DNA of 64,000 nucleotides from Oculina patagonica (Eukaryota): NCBI RefSeq assembly GCF_052425735.1, contig NC_135766.1, positions 26,102,001 to 26,166,000 of the forward strand, read 5' to 3'. Shown piece by piece: positions 51,900 to 64,000 of this stretch (position 1 is its first letter; each line of letters starts with the position of its first letter). The notes under the pieces were generated by a model. It saw only the letters and a program-made list of their open reading frames with translations, ran no database searches and was not told where the DNA came from. The position numbers and the translations under genes were made by a program.

Positions 51900-52335
51900 A
51901 TATCTCAAGTTTATAGTAATGTACCGTACTGTCAGAAGCTTTATGGGACAAGTCACTAAATCAACAGCTCTAAGCTTCTTTTGATTTTTTTTAAACAGTT
52001 TATTTAACTGACAGTAGGTTCCAAAGGTTCTAAGGGTGTGGGATGGACCGCTAGAAGCGGTCATCCCGCGAAAGCGGTTATGGCCGTAAACGGACTCCGT
52101 GAGACCGGTGAACAATAAGAATAAGGGTATTTTTTTTTTTTGCGTTCTTCAGGGCTTACAGACCCCTTATAGGCTGCCCTTTAGCGGCCTCACCGCATAT
52201 CATATCACGAAGAAAAAAGCAACCCAGGACAAGACTCTCACTCTTTTTAAACAATATAGGCCAATTTCATCCCTCCCTCTCCCCGGTTGGGTTTTGAGCA
52301 CCTGCATGTGACGTCATGACAGTAAGGACACTCGT
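51900..52335. mobile_element. ~430-bp insertion specific to the inverted copy, possibly a MITE
   Basis: Absent at the equivalent site (~23230-23260); short inverted ends ccgtactgtca and tgacagtaagg. Confidence 0.45.
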
Positions 52336-55300
52336 TCAACCCAATGAGTTATCAACATGGAATTTCTTCAAAGTCAGTATTATATTGTAGGTCATGAGAA
52401 TAAAGCAGCTAATCAAGCGCAAGTGAAATTAAATCGGGATAAACAGATTCACCCAGCTAGAACCACCTAGGAATTGTATGGATACATGTGCAACTATAAA
52501 CATCACTTTTTTGACGTTCTGTCAGGTCAAACGATGGCTATCACAGAAAGTTGTTAAGAGGTTTTGCAACTCACTTTGAATCAAAATATCCAACAGATAA
52601 TCCAACAGTAACTAGATTTGGCATTACATTCTGAACACGTGCGACCCAGATTTCAAAGCTCATTAGTCAGTTGTAACCTGTGGCGTGAAGTAACTGTTTC
52701 TATTTCATTTTACGTTTATTTGAGGCCACCGATGCTATTTCAGTGCTTTGACTGCTATTTTGTGTCTTTATTGTTCATTTAAAGTCACTGATTAGTTTCA
52801 ACTGAATGAAACAATGACTTCTGAGGCCTGCTCAGTTCATTGTCTTGCTCGGGGAGCATGTAAAATTCTGCAAGCTTATTACCTACCGTATAAAGAAGAA
52901 CATTTTCTCTAGCAGAACATCATCAATCTCAAATTATAGCGGCTGGCGTAGATTCAAAGTTCATACGGAGTCCAATAAACTTCCCGCCAGCATAAAACAA
53001 AACACGAGTTCTGTGACGAAAGATAAAATTGATGAAAGGAAAAGCCACCAATCGGATGAGCCATGAAACAATTTAAGTCAGCGTGAAGCCTTTTTTGGAA
53101 TTACATCTTTTCTTTTTGTTATGACAGAAAAACCGCTTCAGGAAGCCATTTGGGTTCGTTTAGACACCACACGCAAGCTGCTACTCACAAATTGACATTA
53201 ACACTGGTGACGGATACTCAGTTTACGGTCATAAGAACATAATCTGTTCTATACAAGGTCTCGTCCATTTGTCTTGGGTCATAACTTTTTCGAAAGCTAA
53301 AAAATAAGGCAAATGTTCGCAAGCAGATTCAACATGGAAAAATCTAAATTTGCGGTTATCAGTATTTTTGCCGATAGGGAAGTAGATTACAGATAAAGGA
53401 ACTGATAGTTGCCTTGCGGATAGATAAGAAATCAACCAAAATCCACTCAAACTTCATTTCATGCAGTCAGCAGACCGGCCTGGAAAGACCCTGGGAACGA
53501 GGTTGTACCTGGAGTGCGCTTTCTTATATCCTAGGGCTTACGGAAGAATTTTGTGCGCGACAAAACATCCGGCTTGCAGGCTAGCGTAGTTTCCCTCTCA
53601 CTGACTAGTCTTGAGCTGAAATAACGCAAGCCTCAGGTATTTATTTTACTGATGGACAACTTTTCGGCCGGCAAGTAGCAGTGATTATGAAAAGCAATTT
53701 AAAATCGAGTTTATGAAAATTGGCATTCAAGAGCTATTGTGTATGTAAGCTTCTTTGAGAAAAAAAATTGGCTGAGAAAAGAGACAGTTGCCAGTGAAAG
53801 AATCTGACAGTATTAATTAAACGATGATAACTCTGTCATCGAAAAAAAAAAGAAAACAGAAATTAGAATTTAAAAAAAAAATGCAAAAACACGACATACA
53901 TCATGGTATCATGGTACTAATAACAATCAAAAAATTTTACATTTACACGAAAATGTTTCCAAATACGATACTGCTGCGCTAAAATATGTTCTTTTAGATA
54001 ATTAAGTACATCGGAAATACACGGAAATTAGCGGTATGTATCAAGAGAGATTTTTTGTTATATATAGCAGACACTCTCTGCGGTACGTGTTTAATCCTTT
54101 TTAATTTAACAAATTTTAAGAATAAAACCATAATAACTCGATTATTAGGTACAGTTGCCAAATTCTACTTCAATGCGGTCGCGCGCGTTCTTTTACAATA
54201 GAGAAGCGACGTACAACAATGATATACTTTGTGTTTTTTACATGACGCATAACATAAACACTTCTAGAAGACATTTTACAGTAAGAAACACAAGAAACTC
54301 TATTGTAGAGTAAGACCAAAGGTCAGATGATTGAATGAAGCATTGATCGTGTTTAATTTCTGTCTTTGAACGCGTACTACGTGATTCATAATAACAGTAG
54401 TGTCACTGCGTTGATTAACAAATGAAAATCTTATGCTCACAGGTCACGGTTTGTCAAACCGCAAATACAGAAAAATATGAAAAGCTATAAAGTCCATGCA
54501 TTATGTACAAGTTCTGTATTTAAAATACTCCCAGCTTTATTGCAAGTGGCGTTTTATTGACAGCGCTCGCAAAATTATTTCAATCGAGATATTGCCGGAA
54601 GGTCATTGGTGCGTCTAGATAATATACTAACATGTTTTTCTCCTCATTCCATGCTGGATTTACTCACAGTAAATATATCCTGAACACTAATCTACTTAAT
54701 ACGCGATCTTTTTTCGTAAACACTCGTAAAAGAAAGAGATTTGAAGGACAGGAACATATAAAGTATGGATTGAGTTTGCTTACGCACGTATCATAAGATA
54801 TAGAGTTTATAGTCAGCCACCCGCCATATCAAACCAGTTTTCATAAAAGTGCGCTTACCTTTTTACGTTATAAATATTCAGAGATCACACGTGTTCTCAA
54901 AACGCCGGAAAGCTTGAACCAAACTAAGAAAAGCTCTAGCACTTCACATGGAACATGTTCTTCTCAATTCCAGATACTCTCATCATTGGCAATGTCGTGA
55001 CAGGCAGGTAACTTAATATAATATTGACATTCCACGCCAAATTATTTCCCCTAATGAAGAATTTAGGGTCAATATACACTAAAGTGAATTTCCAATGGTC
55101 AATATAGTCAAAACGAACTTTACAACGCTCCCAGAACCAATATTGCATTTCTAAGTCCACTCACGTAGAACTATTCATTATTTTAAGCCACTCTTAAAAG
55201 AAAGAGTAGTTTACACTGAAATATTTGATGTAGTTTTGCAACTTATACATCATGCTGGGTGAAGAAATATGGCTCATGGGAAGCCTGGGCAAGAGCCAGT

Positions 55301-57332
55301 GAAGAATCCCGATTTCTCGACCCTCCAGGGAAAACGAAAATTGCTTCGAGAAGTCGGGAGTAGAATTACAGAGAAGTACAATCCAAGGAAAAGGAAAATT
55401 GGTTCAAATATTCGGGAGTTTCGAGAAATCGGGATTCTACTGTAAATTGAAAAGTTGAGTTTGACGGCGAGGCACAAGACTCGAACTGGCCAAACATTAG
55501 GTCACAAAAAAATTACTCTTTTTTTTTGTTTCCTCTTTGTTCTTTCCCAGAAAAAGGATACATCCAATACAATATGCAATTCTGTTTAACCAGTATGCTG
55601 CCCTTCACGGTAATTGTGCTCTCTTTTTATCTTCCAAAATACACCCAAAACACTTTTCTGGGCGTCCCATTAAATTAGCGTCAGTTTGGCTGACCTTCAG
55701 AAGTACCCTATAGTATACTTTCAATTTTCTGTTAAATCCGGGGAGCTTATGTTATTTTTATCATATTTAAGAGAGGGTGTGTCGTTAAGCTATTTTACCA
55801 TACTCGGACGTAACACCTGTGCTTAGCATTCACAAGTTACGCGCGATAATACGATAAGCGTCCAGCGCGCGAAGGAAAGAATCGGATTTATGAAGTGAAA
55901 GAATCTGATTGCACTGATGAGAATAAAGAACGAGACAAAATATTAAAAGAATGACTTGACTTTCTATGGTTTACAGGATATGGGTTTGTTTCCATGACTA
56001 CCTGTTCGTATGGTCACTTTAATTCCTAAGTATTAACTTCAAGTCCAAGTATTGGAACACGAGACCAGAAAAAGTACCAATCTAAGCAAGACGCGAGTCC
56101 ATGTACCAAAACGTTCTCCGTACTTCTAACGAAAGATATGTATGACAATCGTAAGTAGAACTGAAAGTTCGAGCTCACCAACGAAAAAACTTTAAATGAC
56201 CCTTAAGTCTTTAACCTGCTTTTCATATTGTTAAGGAGCTAAATGTTTACCGATAATTTTGTGACCATGGTCACTTGTCAAGCAAAGATTAGCTCTGACA
56301 TCTGCTACACTTAATTATTGGATACCTCTCTTGTTTGTCCTAGAAATTTTCAGTTCCAAAAAACACCTCACCTGTGAACTTGCTGTTGGCTTTGTTGCGA
56401 CCTTGACTACTACCTCCCTTAAATAGGTCCAAGGTTAGCTCTCCCTTTAAATAATTGTGTTTTGCTAGCTTCAATTGGTTCATCTTTTCTTGCCTTTGTA
56501 AGTCAGCTGGGTATGTTTGGAATGTGCATCCGAGTACTTTGTTTTTGAGCCAACTGGTTAACGTTTGGCTAGAATCCCATGAGTACCTTGAGTTGGCATA
56601 AAAGCTTGTGTATTGTAAGAGTATAGTTGCCAGTGGTTGGAACAGTAGTCTAGAAGTTGCAAGAGTAGAAGAGATAGTAACAAAGCCAAGCCAGAAAACT
56701 CTCGGTTCCCGTTGTAAGAGAAGGTGCCTCACTACAATAAGCCTATCTTGTGTCAGCTGTTGTTAACAACCGTATAGTTATAACAAGGAACTGGAATAGG
56801 GCTGCATGGAACACAGCTCAGACTACACAAAAATATGCTGAGGGCGATGTGTAAGCCAGAACATTCTACAGTTATGTACAGTTACTTAAACCAAGGGCGT
56901 ACTTAGAAGCCCTGGGAGAACAAACGCTTTTTACTTCTTTAACAGAACAATTGCGCCGTTACAAAATACTTAATTATATAATTAGTGCGAATACCTAACA
57001 ATTATTTACTTCAAAGCACGACAAAGAATGAGCATTTTACAAATAATCATTTTACAAACAATCTCAAGATTGAAATGTTTCTTCCGTGAAAACAAAAACC
57101 AGATTTAAGCTACTGTTCTGCAAACCACCTGTTTTGCTTGGAAACGAGCTCGTCTTCTATAGGTTTTGAAGCGTCCCTGACATTCTAAGCTGAACATGCG
57201 CATTAACGTGCCACGAGCCCTTTAATCAAATCTGCAACAAATCGTGAAAATAAAGGTTTTCAATTTCCAAATGTTTTGCCAAATCAGTTATCTTTGTCGC
57301 GGAACGACAGTGCTTATTTGTAGTTCTCTTTC

Positions 57333-59900
57333 CTATTTCTTCTTCCTCAGTCCTGGGACGTGAGCGTATTGGTCATCGTTGATATCCGGTTCATTATCCA
57401 AGTTCCAAGTTAACGCTTGAACAAACGACTTTACACTTAAATTAAACTTAAAATTAAGCACATATTTACATACTTACTCAGTGTTCAAGAGAATAACTCA
57501 CGAGGACGTAAAACACACGTACAACGTGCCAGTTTTGGCTTACAGAATTTAAACCTTAAAAAATGATCAAGTAAAGGAGATGAATAAGTAGAACAAAAAC
57601 CAATTTCAAATTGATACCAACCTGCTTCTCGAGTGTTAGCTAATTGGATTTCCTCTTCACAAGTTTCGAAGGCCTGTCTGAAGGACATGATGGCTTTCTT
57701 GAAGGACGCCAAGTCTGCCCAATTACACTGTTGTTGGATTATTGTAATAACTTCAGTAACAATCATATTAGCTCTGATAACTTCGTCTACCTTGGTACTC
57801 AAGATACTCAAAGGCTTCCCTTGCTGTTCTGCTGTTCTCAGAAGAATCTGAGCCTCGACAAACAAATTCTCTAGCCTTGTTAGATGTGGATGAAGTTCTT
57901 CTCGGAATAGCTTCTGATAGGCCTCGAACTGTTCCACTTTCTTCCAATGTGGACTATGCTTCGCGAGGTGATCAGTCCTCAAGACGGGGCGATGACTCAG
58001 GTCGCTCAACTGTATGGCATTGTCACCGACAACAGGATCGTTCGTCTCAAATTCCCTTTGGACGTCTTGTGAGGGGTATTGCCAGTTTTCACTATCATCT
58101 GCGCCGAAACTCACGTTGCAAATACCACAGCCAGATTGATCTTCTTTAAAGGCTCTGAAGTAGTTAATGACGGGATCTTCAATGGGTTCCTGTTCAGAAG
58201 GAACTTCATCTGCAGCCGCAACTTCCGCTGCAATTTCTTCTTCCCAGGATTCTGCTTGAAGGGCTTCCTCTTTTTCTATGGCTTCGAGCCTTTCGTTTCT
58301 TGTGTAATCCAAGTCTCCAATGGACTGTTCGTCCTCCACCTGTACGCCAAATTCGGCCGTCAAACTATCTTCCACATGTCCTGGCTCCGCCACCTCTTCA
58401 GCTGGTGGCACTTCTATTGTCTGGACCACTTTCTCCAACACATCGGTGCGAAAGGTACCAATGTAGTTATTGGGGTCCAGTGTACCCCACCAGAGTCCGT
58501 TGTGGAAGCTGTCCCAACGAACATCGAAAAGAGCCTCTCGTCTTGCTTTCAACAGGTCGTGAAGAATGACCACAATGTCGCGAATTCCTTTGGCCTACCG
58601 ATCCTGTTTCAGGCATCTGTCAATTCTCTCTGGGAGAGTGACATCATGGGATGGTTCAGTGTAAAGGTTCTGAAGGAGAATGGCCTCTTTGTCAGGTGGA
58701 ATCGACTGACCGCAGTTGCAGAGCATGGTAAGGACCAAAATTAGAGCACGCTCTGTCTTTCCTGACTCAATGCAAGAATTCAGGTGGAGGACGTTCTTTA
58801 ACACATTTAAATGCGGCGAATATTCCCCCAGCATAAGTGATACCATATCATGCAGTAACTTCTTTATGAATGATGGATGGACGACTTTGGTATGTCAAAG
58901 CTGCCTGGTATACTCCAATATGCCCCGACGTAGTGCAGTTGAGGGTGTGCCAAAACGAGATAACCGATGAGTAGCTAGCAGGAAGACAGACCAGATAGCG
59001 AGACTTCTGGGACTGTTGAAGACGAGCAAACAGAGTTAGGAAGACACACGTGAAGAATTCCAGGACATCAAGACCGTTCCTTGGAGACGGAAAGGAAGTT
59101 GTCTTCTTGGGTTTGCTGCCATTGATAGGAGGCAGCGAACTGCATTGTGTCCAGCCTCCAAGATGTCACCAAAAGCATGTAAATGAAGCTTGGACTGCTG
59201 CCGCCATCGTGAAAACAAGGTAATGTGCGTACCTTTCTCTACAATAACACCCACTGATTTTGGAATAACCGGTTTGCAGTTCTGAAAATTGCAACCTTCT
59301 CTAAATGTGTCCTCCACATCTTTGATCCACAACTGGATTTTCGATTGACTTTACCCGATTAGCTGAAGAAGCTGTGAAACAGCCAAGAATAAATCGGCAC
59401 TTGAAAGGATTTCCTCCTTATTCCATAGTTCTTCGGCAAACTTGAGTAGACGTTGTTTGTGAAACCGACACTTCTCATCTCGCAAAAAAGAGATGCAAGA
59501 GTGCAGACGACTGCTGGATGGTTGGCCATTTGCTGGTAAAAAGAATGCTAAAAGTTTCTCACAGGATGCAAAGGCATCCGATGAAAAAAGGTCTTCCAAG
59601 CTAACCTAAATCCTTAGCTTGAGCGTCAAGTGAGATTTTATTCAAAAGTGCTCTGAAAAGTTTATCAGTGCTATTTTAAGATGGATGGTTGTGCTGGTAC
59701 TGAAAACATACTCAACATGTCTACTGACTGTCTCGTGTGTGACGAACGTTTTGTGCAAAAACCCACGAATCTGTCGAATTAGATTGGCGACTCTGTGAAA
59801 AAGAGCTTCGGCGATATGTTCACGGACATCTTGGAGATTCACCTCCCAAAGAAAACGGTCACCTTCCATGCATGCGTCTATTTACTCTCTTTGGTGGATA
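57333..59900 (-). pseudogene. TRANK1-like pseudogene (3' portion)
   Basis: Homologous to 14790-17515 but broken into five ORF pieces: in-frame TAG at 58595, frameshifts, deletions, degenerate CCCH finger, 5' truncation near 59900 and loss of the original terminal-exon acceptor. Confidence 0.88.
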
Positions 59901-60895
59901 GATTGTTGTAGATTGTTCAAACATTTTACACGTGATCGATTAGCTTATAGATCGTAACCAACCAAACTTGGCAAGCGTGTTACCTGAGAATTTTTATTCA
60001 CCTAAAAATTGCTATTTGACACTCTTAAAGGTGTCCCACTACATAAAATCCAATACTCCGAACAGTCTAACAACATTTCTCTTTGCCACCAGCCCCAAAA
60101 ATAACTCTTGCACGCATTGCTTGCCTATGTTCTTATTCTTCTAGTTGTTACAAGATATTAACTGAGGTGCTGTATTGTAAATGTGTACGATAATTTCATA
60201 AATTCTTGAAACTTATTGTGTCAGCTTAAAACTATGTGGTTTATCGGCCTTCAAAGATATATTCGCGAAGTTATTGTTCTGTATATTCGTACAGAACAGT
60301 AATTTATGCTCAACACCTTTACATCTCTAACAAAACATAGAAGAGAAAATATAACCGTTGTCAACGATTTAAGCCCTACTCTAAAAATTAAAAATATTAT
60401 CGCTTTTAAAACTATGGAATTTCTACCGCTACATAAAAACGCCCCTTCTCTTCTCTTTACATTTTTTTATTTGATACTGTAACTAAAACTACTCAGTTTA
60501 TTTGCCTTTCCTGAGATATTGTACTCATTGGCTAAACCTCTAATATACTATCCAAACTACGCGGTTACGACAGCTTTCCTTAGACACAGTTAAACTTGGG
60601 TCCTCAACCCGAGTAAAAAAGTGAGTATTTATGACTCCTGTTGTGCCGGCCTTTCGAACTAAATTTGAAAAGGTTGTTTAAATAACATTATACACAGTTG
60701 TTATAAAGTAATCACTCAACTATACTTATTTTTAAAAGCAGCTGTAATACCTATGCTCCAAAAAGTCCGGACACTAAGTAAACTTATCTTAACAATAAGT
60801 TTAAAGTCTTACGACTAATTGGATAAGTTGGGCAAATTCAGCTGAACAGACTGGATTGTAAGGATTGTAATGAAAATTTCTTCCTTCCGATGTCT

Positions 60896-63800
60896 TTATT
60901 TCTTATTCTTTTTTAGTCCTGGAACGTGAACGCATTCGCCATCTTTGACAATTTGTGACTGGCTCTCCAAGCTCCAAACTGAAAGGAATGCAATGTCAGG
61001 ATTTAAAAGCGCTTATAATACACAAATAACGGGACCAAACAAATCGGGCGTCAAGCTTTGTACTTGTAGTAAACTTCACCATAAAAGCCACCCTGTGCAT
61101 GGCCTTTGCACAAAGTTGCACTAAAATAATCAACATTCTGTTTTCCTTGTTGTGTAGGACAAAAACTACTTTTAATCCGTATTTGACGCTTATCAAAGAC
61201 AACGATTAAAATTACATTCGTGATAGACTCGGATGATGTATGATGGACGCATTTTCTACTTAACGTGTTGACTTTTAGGACTAGATTTCTTGTTGAACAA
61301 TCGAAAAAGGTACATGAGCCAAAAATGAGACAAAAATACCACTCATATGAATCAATAACGTGAGTTCATCAGGTTGACTTTTATGTTTTAAAAATATTTA
61401 AGAACAGATACCAACCTCCTGTTTGGCGAGCATTTTGTTTTCGCACTTCCTCTTGGCAAGCTTCAAAGGCTCTTGTTAAAGAGACAGTGGCTTCCATTAA
61501 CGATATTTCATCTCCCCATTTACACTCTTTCTCGATTCTCGAGGTCACTTCAATTAGAGAAGAACGGGCTGTTTTAACCTCATTCAGCGTGCAGCTCAGG
61601 ATACTCACAGACATGTTTTGTTGATCAGCCATTCTCAATTGATCTTCAGCTTTTTCCACAAGGATCTGTACTTTTGAAACGGACGGCAACACTTCTTTTC
61701 TGAGTAGGACTTTGTAATTCTCAAGTTGTTGCTGTTTCTTCCAATGTGGACTATTCTTAGTTAGGTGACTATCACGATCCTTAGCAAAGTCTTCAGGAGA
61801 GCCCGACTTATTTGCCTGTTCAGGAAAACTATCTAAAACGTGCTGTTCTTTCAAAGTGAAAATAACATTGCAGATACCGCAACCTGATTCGTCAACTTTC
61901 ACATTTCTGTGGAACATAGGGACGTTATCCTCTGTATTTTCTTTTCCACTGTTGATTTGGGGGGAAACGCTTTCTTCTGGTATCATCTCCTCTTTCCAGG
62001 ATTTTGCCTGAAGGGCTTCCTCCCTTTCGATAGCCTGCAACTTCTCACTTCTTTCAGGGTCCAAGTCGCTTATAAGTCCTTCGTACTCCACACGTGGACC
62101 ATATTCTTCTGCTTCAGACTCCGAAACGTCTTCCGGTGAGATCTCTGGAGTTTCTTGGGAAAGGCTCTCCAAGACATCAGTATTGAATGTCTCAATGTAC
62201 GCACTGGGGTCCACTTCATCCCTCCATAGCCGTCCATGGCTACTTTTCCAATGAACATCACATAACTCTTCTTGCTTTTTGCTCAACAGGTTCTGGAGAA
62301 TAACCACTATTTGGCGGATTCCTGTAGCCTGCCGAACCTGTTCCAGGCAGCTTCTAATCCTCTGTGGAAGTACAACCTCATCAGGAACATTGACACAAAG
62401 ATTTCTAAGGAGGCTTCTCTCGCTCTCAGTTGGGAATGACTGGCCACAGTTGCAGAGCATGGTAAGGACCAAGATTACAGCGCGTTCTGCCTCCCCAGAC
62501 TCGCTACAAGAACTTGATCGAAGCACGTTGTCAAGAACGTTAAATTTAGATGAGTACCCTCCTAACATGATAGAGACCATGTCACCAAGAAATTTTTGCA
62601 CAGCTCGGATGGTATTTCGAGAACGCGGGAACTTTTGGACTGCATAATAAATTCTGAAGTGGTTTGCTAAGGAACAATTTAATGTGTCCCAAAAGGTAAC
62701 AACTGATAGGTAACTTCTTGGAAGACAGACTCGAAATTGAGGCCTACGGTAGCTAAAAACACAAGCAGCTAAGGCAAGGTGAACGCACATGTGGTATTCC
62801 AGGATCGCAAGAAAGTTCCGCGGGAATGGGAAAGGAAGCCCTCTTCCCGGGCTTGCCGTCATCTTCAGGAAACGACGCACAGCGTTATGCCCTGCGTCTA
62901 GAATGTTTCCCTGAACATGTAACATTCGCTTGGAGTCTTCCCACCACCTTGCAAACAAAGTCCACCTTGGTGGGTTTCCCTCTAACACCATGCCAGCTGA
63001 ATGTGCAACTCTTGGCATGCTGGTCTGGCTGTCGTGCATATTCAAGAAGTGTTCTTCTTCTTCTTCTTTGATCCAGGATAGGATTGTCGATGGAGGTGAT
63101 CCGATCAGCTGAAGAAGATTTGAAACTCTGATAAACAAGTTTACATCTGAAATGTGTTCTTCTCTGGTGGACCGCGTTTTCCACAACGTTTCTGCAAACT
63201 TGTACAAGCTTTTCTTGAGGAATCCAGTTTTTCGTACACGACTGATGTATCTTGCCAAGAGAATGGTTGGTGAAACACCCATAGGTGGAAAGAAAAAGTC
63301 CAGAAGCTTTAAACAGGACTCAAATGAATCTCTTGGGAAAGGGCTGTTCAATTCTTTACTAGAAGGGCTCAGTTGCCTCTTGAACGCACCCCCAGGAACG
63401 GTTCGATGAGCCATGTGCCTCCTCTCGAGTTTGAAAAAATCGTTCGCTCGCGCGTCCAGAAAAATTGTATGTGAAATTGCCCAGAACAAAGCCTCTGTCT
63501 TTTTGTCGGATGGTAAACTGTGCTGGCAATGACAACTCCTGTGGTCACATGGAATCCCTACTAAGAAACGCTGGCATGTTTCATTAGTGGAAATCGCTTT
63601 GCTAAGAAACGAACGAATCTGAGGAATCAGGCTGGCAATTCTCTGAAAGAGGTTTTCTCCAATTCGTGCCCGAACGTTTTCCAGAACCATTTCCCATTTA
63701 CTTCCTGCAAGAGGTTGCTTCTCAAGTTCCTGTGAGATCAAAAGAAAACGAACACCTTCCTTGTGTCTTACAACTCTCTTTGTGACATCTTCTCCCTTGG

Positions 63801-64000
63801 AAAGACCAAAGTACTCCTCACATTTGTCGATCTCCATTTGGGTCACAAAATTTGGATCGCGAACATTCAACGAAAAAATGAGATCTATTACTTTTTTAAC
63901 TAGCACCACCAACTTCCAGTTATTGAGGAGTCCTGTAATTTCGTCACCCGCGGTCTCAAAAAGAAATTCAACACACTCAAGTTCTCCGCAGGTGTTAGAG
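60896..64000 (-). CDS. Divergent TRANK1-like paralog, 3' part (exon 61416 to beyond 64000, terminal exon 60896-60978)
   Basis: Uninterrupted 843-aa ORF aligning throughout with 14048-17195 (CQRFLVGIPC, ESGEAERAVILVLTMLCNCGQS, DESGCGICNV). Same phase-1 intron (G|gttggt) and terminal exon VWSLE...HVPGLKKNKK*. Confidence 0.88.

Larger units (their letters stand above)
50070..59900 (-). repeat. Inverted copy of ~14790-25083 (segmental duplication or uncollapsed haplotype)
   Basis: Collinear reverse-complement match; ORF pairs such as 24468/50685, 20440/55160 and 20129/55477 are near-identical. Confidence 0.95.

Noticed and set aside
58079-58744. 221-aa plus-strand ORF and similar antisense ORFs over TRANK1 exons
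   Set aside because: Antisense shadows of the coding frame.

Overview
Eukaryotic, intron-rich, AT-rich animal DNA. The repeat types and gene structures suggest a cnidarian such as a stony coral (inference). In order: (1) the last three exons of a CLK/LAMMER kinase (+); (2) a complete multi-exon TRANK1-like gene (+, ~4263-17515) with TPR repeats, ankyrin repeats, a RelE/ParE-like domain, a UvrD-type SF1 helicase, a CCCH finger and a C-terminal zinc-binding motif; (3) a Penelope-like retroelement fragment with inverted pLTRs carrying hammerhead ribozyme motifs; (4) a 21-exon gamma-syntrophin (+); (5) a convergent Elongin A gene (-); (6) an orphan last exon of an FBXO10-like gene (-). After a 500-N scaffold gap comes a ~10 kb inverted copy of 14.8-25.1 kb (syntrophin exons 1-2, intergenic DNA and a TRANK1 pseudogene), then a third, divergent TRANK1 paralog running off the window. 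The most interesting signal is the TRANK1 locus: a toxin-fold nuclease plus helicase architecture, a cluster of STAT-type motifs upstream, and birth-and-death copies together suggest an innate-immune effector locus. Exon boundaries were read by hand and identity levels are estimated by eye.
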